A DNA stretch of 26,399 bases from an uncultured Planctomycetia bacterium (GCA_964532615.1 CAZHIO010000001.1:1-26399); one strand, 5' to 3'; positions 18,346 to 26,366 are shown, counted from the first letter of the stretch. Numbers and translations: made by a program. The notes: generated from the sequence alone by a model not told the origin.

Positions 18346-20138
18346 TTTACAGGCCTCTCTTTTATCACTTTGGCAGGAACGCCGACCGCGATTGAGTACG
18401 GAGGTATATCTTCGGTGACCACGGCTCCGGCGCCTATCACGGACCCGGTACCTATCGTAACTCCGTCCAATATAACGGCGCGCGCGCCGACCCATACGCT
18501 CTTCTCTATCTTTACCCCGCGGCCTCCGACATCTTTACTGAAGTCGTTTGAACCTAATTTGGAATAGTCGTGCTCCGAGGCTATTATAACTACATGCGCG
18601 GCTATATGCACATCCGGGCCTATCGTTATCCCGCCGGATCCGTATAGTACGCAATAATCATTCACCGATGACGCCTCTCCGATCTCTATCCTGCCTCCGT
18701 TGGTCTTCAGGAGAGCGTAAGGATATATCGTAGTGTAATCGCCGATAGATATGGAAGCGCCTTCGCCGTTTGCCACAAGCCGCGCTTTGGGTTCCAATAC
18801 CGCGCCTTTGCCGAGCGTAACCCTGCCGGCATATCTTACAGACGAGCGCGGTGATGCGTAGGCATCCTCTCCCGCTCTGCCTATTCCTTTAATTATGCAG
18901 GATATCCTTTTGACTAATAATTTGAACGGATCTTTATTCATCTTATAATCCTCCTTAGCAAGATAAGCCCATTTACAGATAGTATCGTATACCGCATATG
19001 GTCCGTAGGCCAGAATTCCTCCTATCGAAACCCTGTTTCTCGTCTCATGCCCTGAGGCCGATGTGACCTCCTTATAAAATTCGATACGCTCCTGTCGGCC
19101 TGACTGAAGCAGACATTTATCTTTAACATACTTGTATGCGTTCGCCGCCAAGGTTATCCGAAGCCGGCGATCATTGATCAACCGTTCCATGGCCCTTATC
19201 CATTCTTCTGTTGTATTGCCGACCAATATCCCGGTTTCACCGTTTGCGACAGAATCTCTGTACGGCCCTACGTTTGAATATATCCCCGGGTAACCGCATA
19301 TAGAGTATTCCAGAAATTTGATATCGCTCTTGCACCTGTTGAACGGATTATCTTCCAGCGGGGCAAGCATAATATCAAATCCGCAGCTGTTTAATCTGCC
19401 GGCGTACTTTTTATATGATCTGACCGGAGACATATATTCATAACCTGATATCTCTTTCGCAAAGGGCGGCATATATCCTATAGACTTGAATGCTATCTTG
19501 CCCTTGTATCTGGCAAGTATCTCTTTTATGGCGGGGATCACATATTTAAAATCATAATCATGAGATGCCGAGCCGGCGTATCCTATAACGAGCCTATCAT
19601 CACTATGAACTTCGCGCATCTCATAGGCAGGAGCGGCGCCGGCCCATATCTTTTCATCGATGAAATTCGGAAATATGCGCGTCTTTCCGTTATACTTTTC
19701 GAGCTCTTCTTTAAGCGGCTTACATGTAACGGTAAGCATATCCGCATCCCGCCAATGTCTGACTATACCGTCCTTAACGCCGCGGTACTCGCTGTGTTTC
19801 ACGTGTGAAGGCGGCATATCTATTATGAGATCATCCACATCTACGATTACCGGTATCTTCATGACGCGCGCAAAATCCATTAGGCGCTCGCGCACGATGC
19901 GGGAGAGCGGACTGCGCGGGGCTATTATTATGTCCGGAACCAAGAAGAGACTAAATATAGCCTTTAAAGTGGAAATGTAAGTAACGTCAAATTCGCGCCG
20001 CGGAAGAAGGCTTAATGGGCCTACCGTCCGAAGCTCGGATGCGGCGCTCTCTTTTTCCCATACACCGAAAACCAATATACGGATCTTCTTACCTCTTCTT
20101 AAGGAGGCCGGGGTCAGTGTTGTACGGGCTGCATCCAT
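18342..20138 (-). CDS. GT4-like glycosyltransferase fused to a hexapeptide-repeat (LbH) O-acyltransferase
   Basis: N-terminal GT-B part (IPVIVDVDDL, IGYAGSASH, APLEDNPFNRCKSDIKFLEYS); C-terminal hexapeptide repeats (ISIGDYTTI, IEIGEASSV, ITIGPDVHIA, VWVGARAVILDGVTIGTGSVIGAGAVVTEDIPPYSIAVGVPAKVIK). Confidence 0.86.
   Translation of the reverse strand: MDAARTTLTPASLRRGKKIRILVFGVWEKESAASELRTVGPLSLLPRREFDVTYISTLKAIFSLFLVPDIIIAPRSPLSRIVRERLMDFARVMKIPVIVDVDDLIIDMPPSHVKHSEYRGVKDGIVRHWRDADMLTVTCKPLKEELEKYNGKTRIFPNFIDEKIWAGAAPAYEMREVHSDDRLVIGYAGSASHDYDFKYVIPAIKEILARYKGKIAFKSIGYMPPFAKEISGYEYMSPVRSYKKYAGRLNSCGFDIMLAPLEDNPFNRCKSDIKFLEYSICGYPGIYSNVGPYRDSVANGETGILVGNTTEEWIRAMERLINDRRLRITLAANAYKYVKDKCLLQSGRQERIEFYKEVTSASGHETRNRVSIGGILAYGPYAVYDTICKWAYLAKEDYKMNKDPFKLLVKRISCIIKGIGRAGEDAYASPRSSVRYAGRVTLGKGAVLEPKARLVANGEGASISIGDYTTIYPYALLKTNGGRIEIGEASSVNDYCVLYGSGGITIGPDVHIAAHVVIIASEHDYSKLGSNDFSKDVGGRGVKIEKSVWVGARAVILDGVTIGTGSVIGAGAVVTEDIPPYSIAVGVPAKVIKERPVK
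18939..18957 (-). promoter_or_regulatory. Internal Shine-Dalgarno plus in-frame ATG (Met400) at the start of the acyltransferase module
   Basis: On the minus strand: TAAGGAGG (18957..18950), 8 nt, then ATG (18941..18939), in frame with the 18342..20138 ORF. Confidence 0.45.
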
Positions 20139-20154
20139 ATATTTTCCTGTAAAT

Positions 20155-21138
20155 CTATGATCTGCTAATGTAGAGGACCGCCTGATCGCCTCTCTTTTCG
20201 CGGTTAAGTTCCGCGGCTCTCTTCTTAAATATTTCGACTTCGTTCCTGCTGAAGATGCTTCTGTCCGGATCCGTATAATAAGACTTCGGGCTGTAAAGCG
20301 GTATATCCTTCAGGTATTGCTCGCTGCCGATAAACTGTAATTCGGTGGAGTCAAATTCCGTTTCGTCGATCTTCAGTCCGGACCTCTGGGCGAGAACTTC
20401 CATCCCTGTCAATGACGCTATTACAATGTGCCGCGGAGCGTCAAGCTGAACCCAATTCACTCCGTAAAATCTCCAGGCGTAAGACGGCACTACGGGAGTC
20501 CTGACGATAGCCCGGCCGCCTTTCTTTAACAGTCTGGCGATATCGCGAAACGCCTCGATAGGAGAGCTCATGTGTTCCAGAGAATGATGCATCATTATCA
20601 GATCGAACTCGCCGTCGATATTCTTCAACACGTTCTTTCTGATCTCGATATTTTTACCCAAACGGATATCGCTTTCGATATAAGGATCCATCCCTAAAAG
20701 ATCTTTAAATCCGAGCCTCTCCATATTCAGCAGTAAGTTGCCGCCGCCGCAGCCTACGTCTAATATCTTAGAGTCGAAATCAATTTTACACTTTTTGAGC
20801 CAGAACAAGAGCCGCTCAGCCGGCCTGATAGCGTTGGCGAGACGCCCTATAAGGCTCTTCCCTTTTAGAACATATTCGCTCCTTCTGTGTCTTAAATAAC
20901 GCGCAAGCGGATTATCGCCGGCAGACCCGAGAAGATCGCGTTTCACAATAAACGGAACGTAGTCCGCGGGATAGAACTTTTCCATATTCTCCGGAACATC
21001 ATCCAGCTGAATAGAGCCGCATCGCGTGCATTCTGAATACGCAAACTTATCCATAAGCCCGAACATCATCTCTTTTGCGATGAATGTTTTGCCCGGATTG
21101 CTCTCTCCGCAGATCTTGCACGAGTAAGGCTGGTTCAT
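20155..21138 (-). CDS. Class I SAM-dependent methyltransferase with N-terminal CxxC...CxxC (putative zinc) module
   Basis: CKICG...CTRCG, ILDVGCGGG, MMHHSLEH and WVQLDAPRH; ATGA overlap at 21135..21138. Confidence 0.88.
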   Translation of the reverse strand: MNQPYSCKICGESNPGKTFIAKEMMFGLMDKFAYSECTRCGSIQLDDVPENMEKFYPADYVPFIVKRDLLGSAGDNPLARYLRHRRSEYVLKGKSLIGRLANAIRPAERLLFWLKKCKIDFDSKILDVGCGGGNLLLNMERLGFKDLLGMDPYIESDIRLGKNIEIRKNVLKNIDGEFDLIMMHHSLEHMSSPIEAFRDIARLLKKGGRAIVRTPVVPSYAWRFYGVNWVQLDAPRHIVIASLTGMEVLAQRSGLKIDETEFDSTELQFIGSEQYLKDIPLYSPKSYYTDPDRSIFSRNEVEIFKKRAAELNREKRGDQAVLYISRS

Positions 21139-22724
21139 GAACGTGTGATTATCCTTACTATTATCGGTCCCAGAAACGGTATCTTCTCTTTAATTATCTT
21201 CATCTCCTCGGTTTTAAAAGGAGCTAAAAAGTGGGACGCTGCAAGGTATGCCGCCGCAAATATCAGAGCCTTGACGAAAAATAATAATAGAGATTCTATC
21301 CTGCCGCTATTTAGAAATATGTTGTGGTGCGTAAACGCTGACCATACCGCGAACAGGATCCCTGTCGCCGCAATGCCTGATAGGACAGACGGCGCTACGG
21401 CCCATACAAATGTCATAAATCTTACCTCTATCTCTCTATGCAGCTTTCGGAGAAAATAGAGCGTGCCTATATTTACTGCGATCAGGGTGCCCCATGCCGC
21501 ACCGAAGAACCCGAACGTATATACAAATAGTGTGCTGAGCGCCAGATTCATCACGATCGTGATGACCGATCCCGCCGCCAGAAGCTGAGGCTTATTTATG
21601 GCCAGGCATATGGACGCCGGCACCAGAGCTATCGTATTAATAAGGAAGGCGAACGAAAGTATCCGGATTATTTCACCGGACTGATAAAAACCCCGGCCCA
21701 TCCATATATAGATTATCTGCGGGCCAGTTATCGCAAGCAATATGAATATCGGGGCCACCAGAAAAGAGGCGTATCTCACGCTTCTTATATACGCTTCGAT
21801 GAGCCTTAATCGCTCCCCTCTTGCCTCTATCTCGGCAAAAGCCGGCATCAGCGCGGAGGAGAGGATGTTCGCGAAAGTGGCCGCGTTATAGACGATGAGG
21901 CTTCCCAATTGGTAAAATGTGACGAGGCCGATCGATAGAAAACATGTTATCAGTATCTTATCGGTCTGATTTGCTATCATTCCGGAGATCTTCCCTATCT
22001 GCATATTATAACCGAAAGTGAACATCTTCCCGAAGATAGCTTTATCGAATGTGAATATCCTGAATCTCAGCTCCGGCATAAGCCTATAGGCCACTATCAC
22101 GCTGGCTATGGTGGATAGAATAAATATTATCACGTTGTTTATCATCAGCCCTATAATGCCGAAGCCTCTTTCGAGGAAAAATACAGTCCCGGCGATATTG
22201 ACTATAGATAGCGCGACGCCTATGTTATTGGATATGTCCATCCTCTGCAGGCCGCCCTGCACCGCGCCAAAAGAACTCATCGCGTTAGACGCTCCGAAAA
22301 GCGTTATACCGATCAGGAGCACCACGCCGGCGTCATACCGCAAATTTTGCGGAACATTTAATAGCGACAGTATCTGCGTTCTAAAGAAAAAGACCACCAG
22401 CGTGCTGATAACGGCAAGCATAAAATATAGGGTGAAACCGGTATTTATAAGATTGTTTATCTTGCCCATCTCCCTCTTCGTATTAAATTCGGCTATGTAC
22501 TTTACATATGACGCTCCTATGCCGAAATCTAACAGGCCGAAATATCCTGTAATTATACCCACTATGGCCCAGACGCCGAATCTATCTACCCCGATACGGC
22601 TTATAATATACGGGGTAATCAGTATGCCTACGGCAAGAAACCATATCTTTCCGCCTAAATTATAGACGGTATTCTTCACTATCTTCTTAGTTATGCTGGA
22701 GTTAGGGATGTGGTTTATTGTCAT
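21135..22724 (-). CDS. wzx: Wzx-type oligosaccharide flippase
   Basis: 529 aa polytopic protein starting KIVKNTVYNL, with PYIISRIGVDRFGVWAI, LLDFGIG, NQTDKILI and VTFYQLG; sits between the Wzy-like gene and the GTs. Confidence 0.88.
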   Translation of the reverse strand: MTINHIPNSSITKKIVKNTVYNLGGKIWFLAVGILITPYIISRIGVDRFGVWAIVGIITGYFGLLDFGIGASYVKYIAEFNTKREMGKINNLINTGFTLYFMLAVISTLVVFFFRTQILSLLNVPQNLRYDAGVVLLIGITLFGASNAMSSFGAVQGGLQRMDISNNIGVALSIVNIAGTVFFLERGFGIIGLMINNVIIFILSTIASVIVAYRLMPELRFRIFTFDKAIFGKMFTFGYNMQIGKISGMIANQTDKILITCFLSIGLVTFYQLGSLIVYNAATFANILSSALMPAFAEIEARGERLRLIEAYIRSVRYASFLVAPIFILLAITGPQIIYIWMGRGFYQSGEIIRILSFAFLINTIALVPASICLAINKPQLLAAGSVITIVMNLALSTLFVYTFGFFGAAWGTLIAVNIGTLYFLRKLHREIEVRFMTFVWAVAPSVLSGIAATGILFAVWSAFTHHNIFLNSGRIESLLLFFVKALIFAAAYLAASHFLAPFKTEEMKIIKEKIPFLGPIIVRIITRS

Positions 22725-24094
22725 ATAATATCGGCTCCGGGTTCTTCTTTTTCCAGTTCCGGATAGACCGATATGATCGCCACCAGAAACCAGAAAGGCT
22801 CCATGATGCGGATGATGATAAATGTCGCCGCGGCGCCCGAAAATAGAAGCAGCCCCATAAAGCCTGATAGGAATCCTATGCTCAGCGCTTGGGCGAAATC
22901 ATCGCCCTGCGAGTAGAGATAGAGCCCGTGGCTTAGCCTGAAAACCGAAAATAGGATTGCTATAAAAGCGATAAAGCCCACTATGCCGGTTTCATTCAGC
23001 ACTCTTGTATACTGGTTATCTATGGTAACCCCGGCCGGTATGCCATAACCCAGTATAGGGCGTTTTGCCCAGCGTTTAAATCCGACCCTCCATGAATCTA
23101 TGCGCGTAGACGCGGACTCGTCCAGGCCTATTCTGGAACCCATGACTTTATAAGTTCTCCACGGAGCGAAAGTCTCATTTACTCTCTTATGAACGGATGC
23201 CGGAGCGACAATAGGCAATATGGTGATAACTAAGAGCAGTGCCGCTATAAGCAATATCCTGTGTTTTTTATTGAATACCGTAAACGCCGCCAGCGATACA
23301 AAGAAACTTATCCAGCCGCTGCGCGACAGCGTATACAGGAATGTCACGGCCGAAATAAAGAGAAGCCCCATCAATATAAACCTCTTTTTGCCAGGGGCGG
23401 CATTAAAGATGAGCCCCAGCATCAGAGACATCATTATTATCAGGTATCCGGCGAAAGTGTTCGGCTCTCCTCCTGCTCCGGATTCAAAAGGCGCGCTAAT
23501 CCTGCCTTCCACCGATCCGCCGCCGGCCATGGCGTAGATACATACGATAGAACAGGTCAATAAGAGATAGAAGATGAATTTTTTAGCCTGGGCTACGGTC
23601 TTAAGGTTATTCGAGACCATAAAGTAAATGAGGAAATACTCGGTATATTTCAGAAGGTAAAAGATGGAGGATCTTATATTCACCCTGTTCTGAACTATCC
23701 CTAAAAAACTTACCAGCACGCATATGACCACATAGCTTACGATCGGACGATTCAGCTTGGTAACCCTCATGAAGCCCATCTCTTTATTGACGGCCATCTT
23801 GGCTATCCATCCTAAGAATATTATTATGATGAATATATCATCGGCGCGGATCTTGATGGATCTCCCGGTGATCTCGCCGGCTTTAAATTCCGGGGAGAGT
23901 AGCATCGTAAATATGAGTATCACGAGCGCCAGGTCTATGTTTATAAATGATATTATAAATATGAGGCTTCCGATAATGACCGCTGCGGAGACTTCAAGCG
24001 GTACTCCCAGCAGAGTAAGAATCAGCATGGACGCGACGAAAAATAGTATCGCTATAACCGTTAACGTCGCCTCACCGCTTCTGTTGTAAGGCAT
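22721..24094 (-). CDS. Wzy polymerase / O-antigen ligase (Wzy_C) family membrane protein
   Basis: Many TM helices with RISAPF...EPNTFAGYL, TLSRSGW, S..TRIDSW, PILGYG and DNQYTRVLNETGIVG (the canonical H of HN is replaced by D). Confidence 0.83.
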   Translation of the reverse strand: MPYNRSGEATLTVIAILFFVASMLILTLLGVPLEVSAAVIIGSLIFIISFINIDLALVILIFTMLLSPEFKAGEITGRSIKIRADDIFIIIIFLGWIAKMAVNKEMGFMRVTKLNRPIVSYVVICVLVSFLGIVQNRVNIRSSIFYLLKYTEYFLIYFMVSNNLKTVAQAKKFIFYLLLTCSIVCIYAMAGGGSVEGRISAPFESGAGGEPNTFAGYLIIMMSLMLGLIFNAAPGKKRFILMGLLFISAVTFLYTLSRSGWISFFVSLAAFTVFNKKHRILLIAALLLVITILPIVAPASVHKRVNETFAPWRTYKVMGSRIGLDESASTRIDSWRVGFKRWAKRPILGYGIPAGVTIDNQYTRVLNETGIVGFIAFIAILFSVFRLSHGLYLYSQGDDFAQALSIGFLSGFMGLLLFSGAAATFIIIRIMEPFWFLVAIISVYPELEKEEPGADII

Positions 24095-24111
24095 TATCTC
24101 CCTCTTAAACT

Positions 24112-24135
24112 AATAAAGGGGCTTTGTGGGCCCCC
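24112..24135 (-). terminator. Weak intrinsic terminator/attenuator-like hairpin between wzc and the Wzy-like gene
   Basis: On the minus strand: GGGGC-CCACAAA-GCCCC (24134..24118), extendable by one G-U pair, followed by UUUAUU; lies in the 89 nt intergenic gap. Confidence 0.42.
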
Positions 24136-24183
24136 ATGTCACTAACACCGCGTCGCTATATATTGTTCGGATCCGCATCAGAT

Positions 24184-26121
24184 CTACATCTTCACGCTGA
24201 TCTCACTTTTTCTGTTGCGCACACCGGCCTTGAATGGATCGTCTTTAGCCGCGTATCCGTATTTGTACTTATGATACGGATATGACATGATGGCTTCGGT
24301 TTCGGGCTGAGTATGATTAAGCACTACTCCGGTTATCTTCGCGCCTACGGACTCCAGCTGTATCTTGGTGCGCAAGAGCGCTTCGCGACTGGTCCTTCCG
24401 ATCTCATAGACAAGCATTACGCAATCCATGCCGGGGGCCAGAAGGCTCGCGTCGGTGACAGGCAATACCGGAGGAGCGTCAAATATTATAATGTCATATC
24501 TGCTCTTCAGCTTCTCCACCAGAGGTTTGATCTCTTTTGACTTCAATACCTCGGCGGGGTTATATGATAGCCTTCCGGAAGGAATGATCGTTATGTTGTC
24601 AAGGCCGGGCGTCTTCCTTATATCGTCAAAATTCATCTCGCCGACCATGATATCCACTATATCGTTCAATACCTCTTTAAGGCTGGCGGCGCCGGTTATA
24701 AGTTCATTCAGTCCGGGATCACGTTTGATCCCGAATACTTTGTCCAGACTGGGGCGCCTCAAGTCCGCCGATATAAGCAGGGTCTTGAGTCCCGACTGAG
24801 CCATAACTACAGCGAGGTTCGACGCTATGCTGGATTTGCCTTCATGCGGACCGGAGCTCGTTATGAGGATAGTCTTCTGCGTGGGATCGAGCCTCAAATT
24901 TGTGTGTATGTTGCGGAAAGCTTCGGCAGCTACCGATGTCGGCTCGAAATGGGCTATAAGATATATCGGGTCTTCGTTATCTCTTATGCTGTGGGATGGA
25001 AATAATTTTTCCCTTATCTGCTCCATGGCGCCCTTCTTCTTCTTCGACTCTTTGCCGAGGGGCGGCACCATTCCCAGCACCCTCAGCTTTATCATGCTCT
25101 CGACGTCTTCTATGGTGCTTATCGAAGTGTCCAATGTCTCCACCACGAACGCGAGCGACGCGCCAAGCACTATTCCCATCATCGCGCCTACTATCAGAGC
25201 CAAGCGCTTGTTCGTGGATATCGGCGCTCCGGGAAGGACCGCCGGGTCGACCACGGAGATATCGCTCACTTTCTGCGCCTCCGTTATTCTCGCCTCTTCG
25301 AGCTTCTCCCTGAGCATAGCGTAAAGCTTCTTATTAACGTCCGTCTCGCGCAGAAGCCGCGCATACTCGATCTCTTTACCTGAAAAACCTCTGATCTGCC
25401 TCTCTATCTCATCGATCTGTTCTTTAAGCTGTATGACTCTGGGATGTTTGTCCGTATACCGCTGGCTGGCCTCCGCCAGGTCGAACTGGAGATCGTTCAA
25501 TTTTTTCTCTATCGGTTCCGCCATCCTGACATCGGCAGTGGTATCGCTTAAAACTCTTATCTTGTCTTCGGATGTATGCATCCTGTTTTCAAGCCCGGTC
25601 AGTTGTTCTTCTATGAACTGACGGGCATTTTTAACCTGCTTCGCCTTGCCTAAGAGGTTCTCCTGGGTATAGACTTCGGCGACAATATTGGCTATATCCA
25701 TAGCCCTCTGCGCCGTATCGGATGTCGCCATTATACGGATCATGCTGGTGCCGCCGATCTGTTCGGACGATATGCTTCCCTGGAGTTCTGAAACGGCGCT
25801 GTTTATCTTATCTATATCCGACCTCTCGTTGATCATGCCGAGGCGCATGGCGGCCCTCTTCATTATCTCGTAACCTTTAATGAGTTTTGTCTCGGACTCC
25901 ATAACATCCGCCGGCGAATAGAGCACCCACTCGGTAAGAAGCCCGGCTACAGTCTTCCGCTCTTCGATCCTGATGGTCGTGCTCGCTTCGTAAATTACGG
26001 GTTGAGTTGAGAGATATATTACGGTGCCGATAAGGACGGCTATGAAGGTGGCTATTACGATGATCCTTCTCTTTCGAAGGATGCGGAGATAATCCCGTGC
26101 ATTCAATTCATATTTGGGCAT
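24184..26121 (-). CDS. wzc: Polysaccharide copolymerase / BY-kinase (Wzc/Etk/GumC-type, single chain)
   Basis: Two TM helices flank a coiled-coil periplasmic region (YTDKHPRVIQL). Cytoplasmic Walker A (TSSGPHEGKS), Walker A' (ISADLRRP), Walker B (IIIFDAPPVLPVTDA), and C-terminal Tyr cluster SYPYHKYKYGY. Confidence 0.93.
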   Translation of the reverse strand: MPKYELNARDYLRILRKRRIIVIATFIAVLIGTVIYLSTQPVIYEASTTIRIEERKTVAGLLTEWVLYSPADVMESETKLIKGYEIMKRAAMRLGMINERSDIDKINSAVSELQGSISSEQIGGTSMIRIMATSDTAQRAMDIANIVAEVYTQENLLGKAKQVKNARQFIEEQLTGLENRMHTSEDKIRVLSDTTADVRMAEPIEKKLNDLQFDLAEASQRYTDKHPRVIQLKEQIDEIERQIRGFSGKEIEYARLLRETDVNKKLYAMLREKLEEARITEAQKVSDISVVDPAVLPGAPISTNKRLALIVGAMMGIVLGASLAFVVETLDTSISTIEDVESMIKLRVLGMVPPLGKESKKKKGAMEQIREKLFPSHSIRDNEDPIYLIAHFEPTSVAAEAFRNIHTNLRLDPTQKTILITSSGPHEGKSSIASNLAVVMAQSGLKTLLISADLRRPSLDKVFGIKRDPGLNELITGAASLKEVLNDIVDIMVGEMNFDDIRKTPGLDNITIIPSGRLSYNPAEVLKSKEIKPLVEKLKSRYDIIIFDAPPVLPVTDASLLAPGMDCVMLVYEIGRTSREALLRTKIQLESVGAKITGVVLNHTQPETEAIMSYPYHKYKYGYAAKDDPFKAGVRNRKSEISVKM

Positions 26122-26153
26122 ATTATTCCATATAATGTAATTAGTAAGAAGAT

Positions 26154-26182
26154 ATCATATAGCTCCGCAATAATCAAGTCTA
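26154..26182 (-). promoter_or_regulatory. Candidate sigma70 promoter of the polysaccharide operon
   Basis: On the minus strand: TAGACT (26182..26177), exactly 17 nt, TATGAT (26159..26154). The predicted start near 26147 gives a leader of about 26 nt containing a weak GGA RBS. Confidence 0.55.
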
Positions 26183-26258
26183 TTTGGGTCTTTGTATAGC
26201 TAAAATCGCCAAACATTAATGCCTAAGCCTTGTTATGTGAGCACTGAAAATATCTCCC

Positions 26259-26270
26259 TTTAAGCTTAAA
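26259..26270. promoter_or_regulatory. Perfect 12 bp palindrome, possible operator
   Basis: TTTAAGCTTAAA is its own reverse complement; it lies about 80 bp upstream of the candidate -35. Confidence 0.28.
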
Positions 26271-26280
26271 TCAAGAGCAA

Positions 26281-26360
26281 CAGCAGTAGCTCAGCCGGGT
26301 AGGTGCATCGCGGGGACGCGAAATTTACCCTGCGAGTAAATTTCGCTCTGAAAAGGTCGC
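26281..26360 (+). pseudogene. Degenerate tRNA-Pro-like fragment
   Basis: CAGCAG-TA-GCTC-AGCCGGGTAG-GTGC-A is a D-arm-like segment. TCGCG-GGGA-CGCGA is a 5 bp stem at the anticodon-stem position whose loop equals G35-G36-G37-A38 of tRNA-Pro without U32-U33-N34. AGGTCGC (26354..26360) resembles a variable loop and T-stem start. No TTCG T-loop and no acceptor 3' strand are in the window. Confidence 0.33.
26318..26346. repeat. Perfect 11 bp inverted repeat with 7 nt loop
   Basis: GCGAAATTTAC (26318..26328), CCTGCGA, GTAAATTTCGC (26336..26346). Confidence 0.75.
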
Positions 26361-26366
26361 TCGCTC

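Noticed and set aside
18346-18495. Arg-rich 50 aa N-terminal extension of the CgeB-like ORF
   Set aside because: It is an off-frame read of the acyltransferase hexapeptide repeats; the ATGA overlap at 18342..18345 gives the natural start.
19067-19074. Second TAAGGAGG octamer inside the GT domain
   Set aside because: There is no start codon at usable spacing; Tyr-Lys-Glu-Val codons explain it.
26197-26210. TAGCTAAAATCGCC resembles part of the JUMPstart element
   Set aside because: It is on the wrong strand for the operon, lies upstream of the candidate promoter, and no GGCGGTAG ops core is present.
26233-26258. Minus-strand GGGAG, 9 nt, then the mini-ORF GTG CTC ACA TAA
   Set aside because: It has only three sense codons and lies upstream of the candidate promoter; nothing supports translation.
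26313-26323. GGGACGCGAAA resembles the GGGACGCAAA segment of c-di-GMP-I riboswitches
   Set aside because: The upstream GGCAAA/GAAA P1-P2 elements are absent, and the orientation is opposite to the operon.
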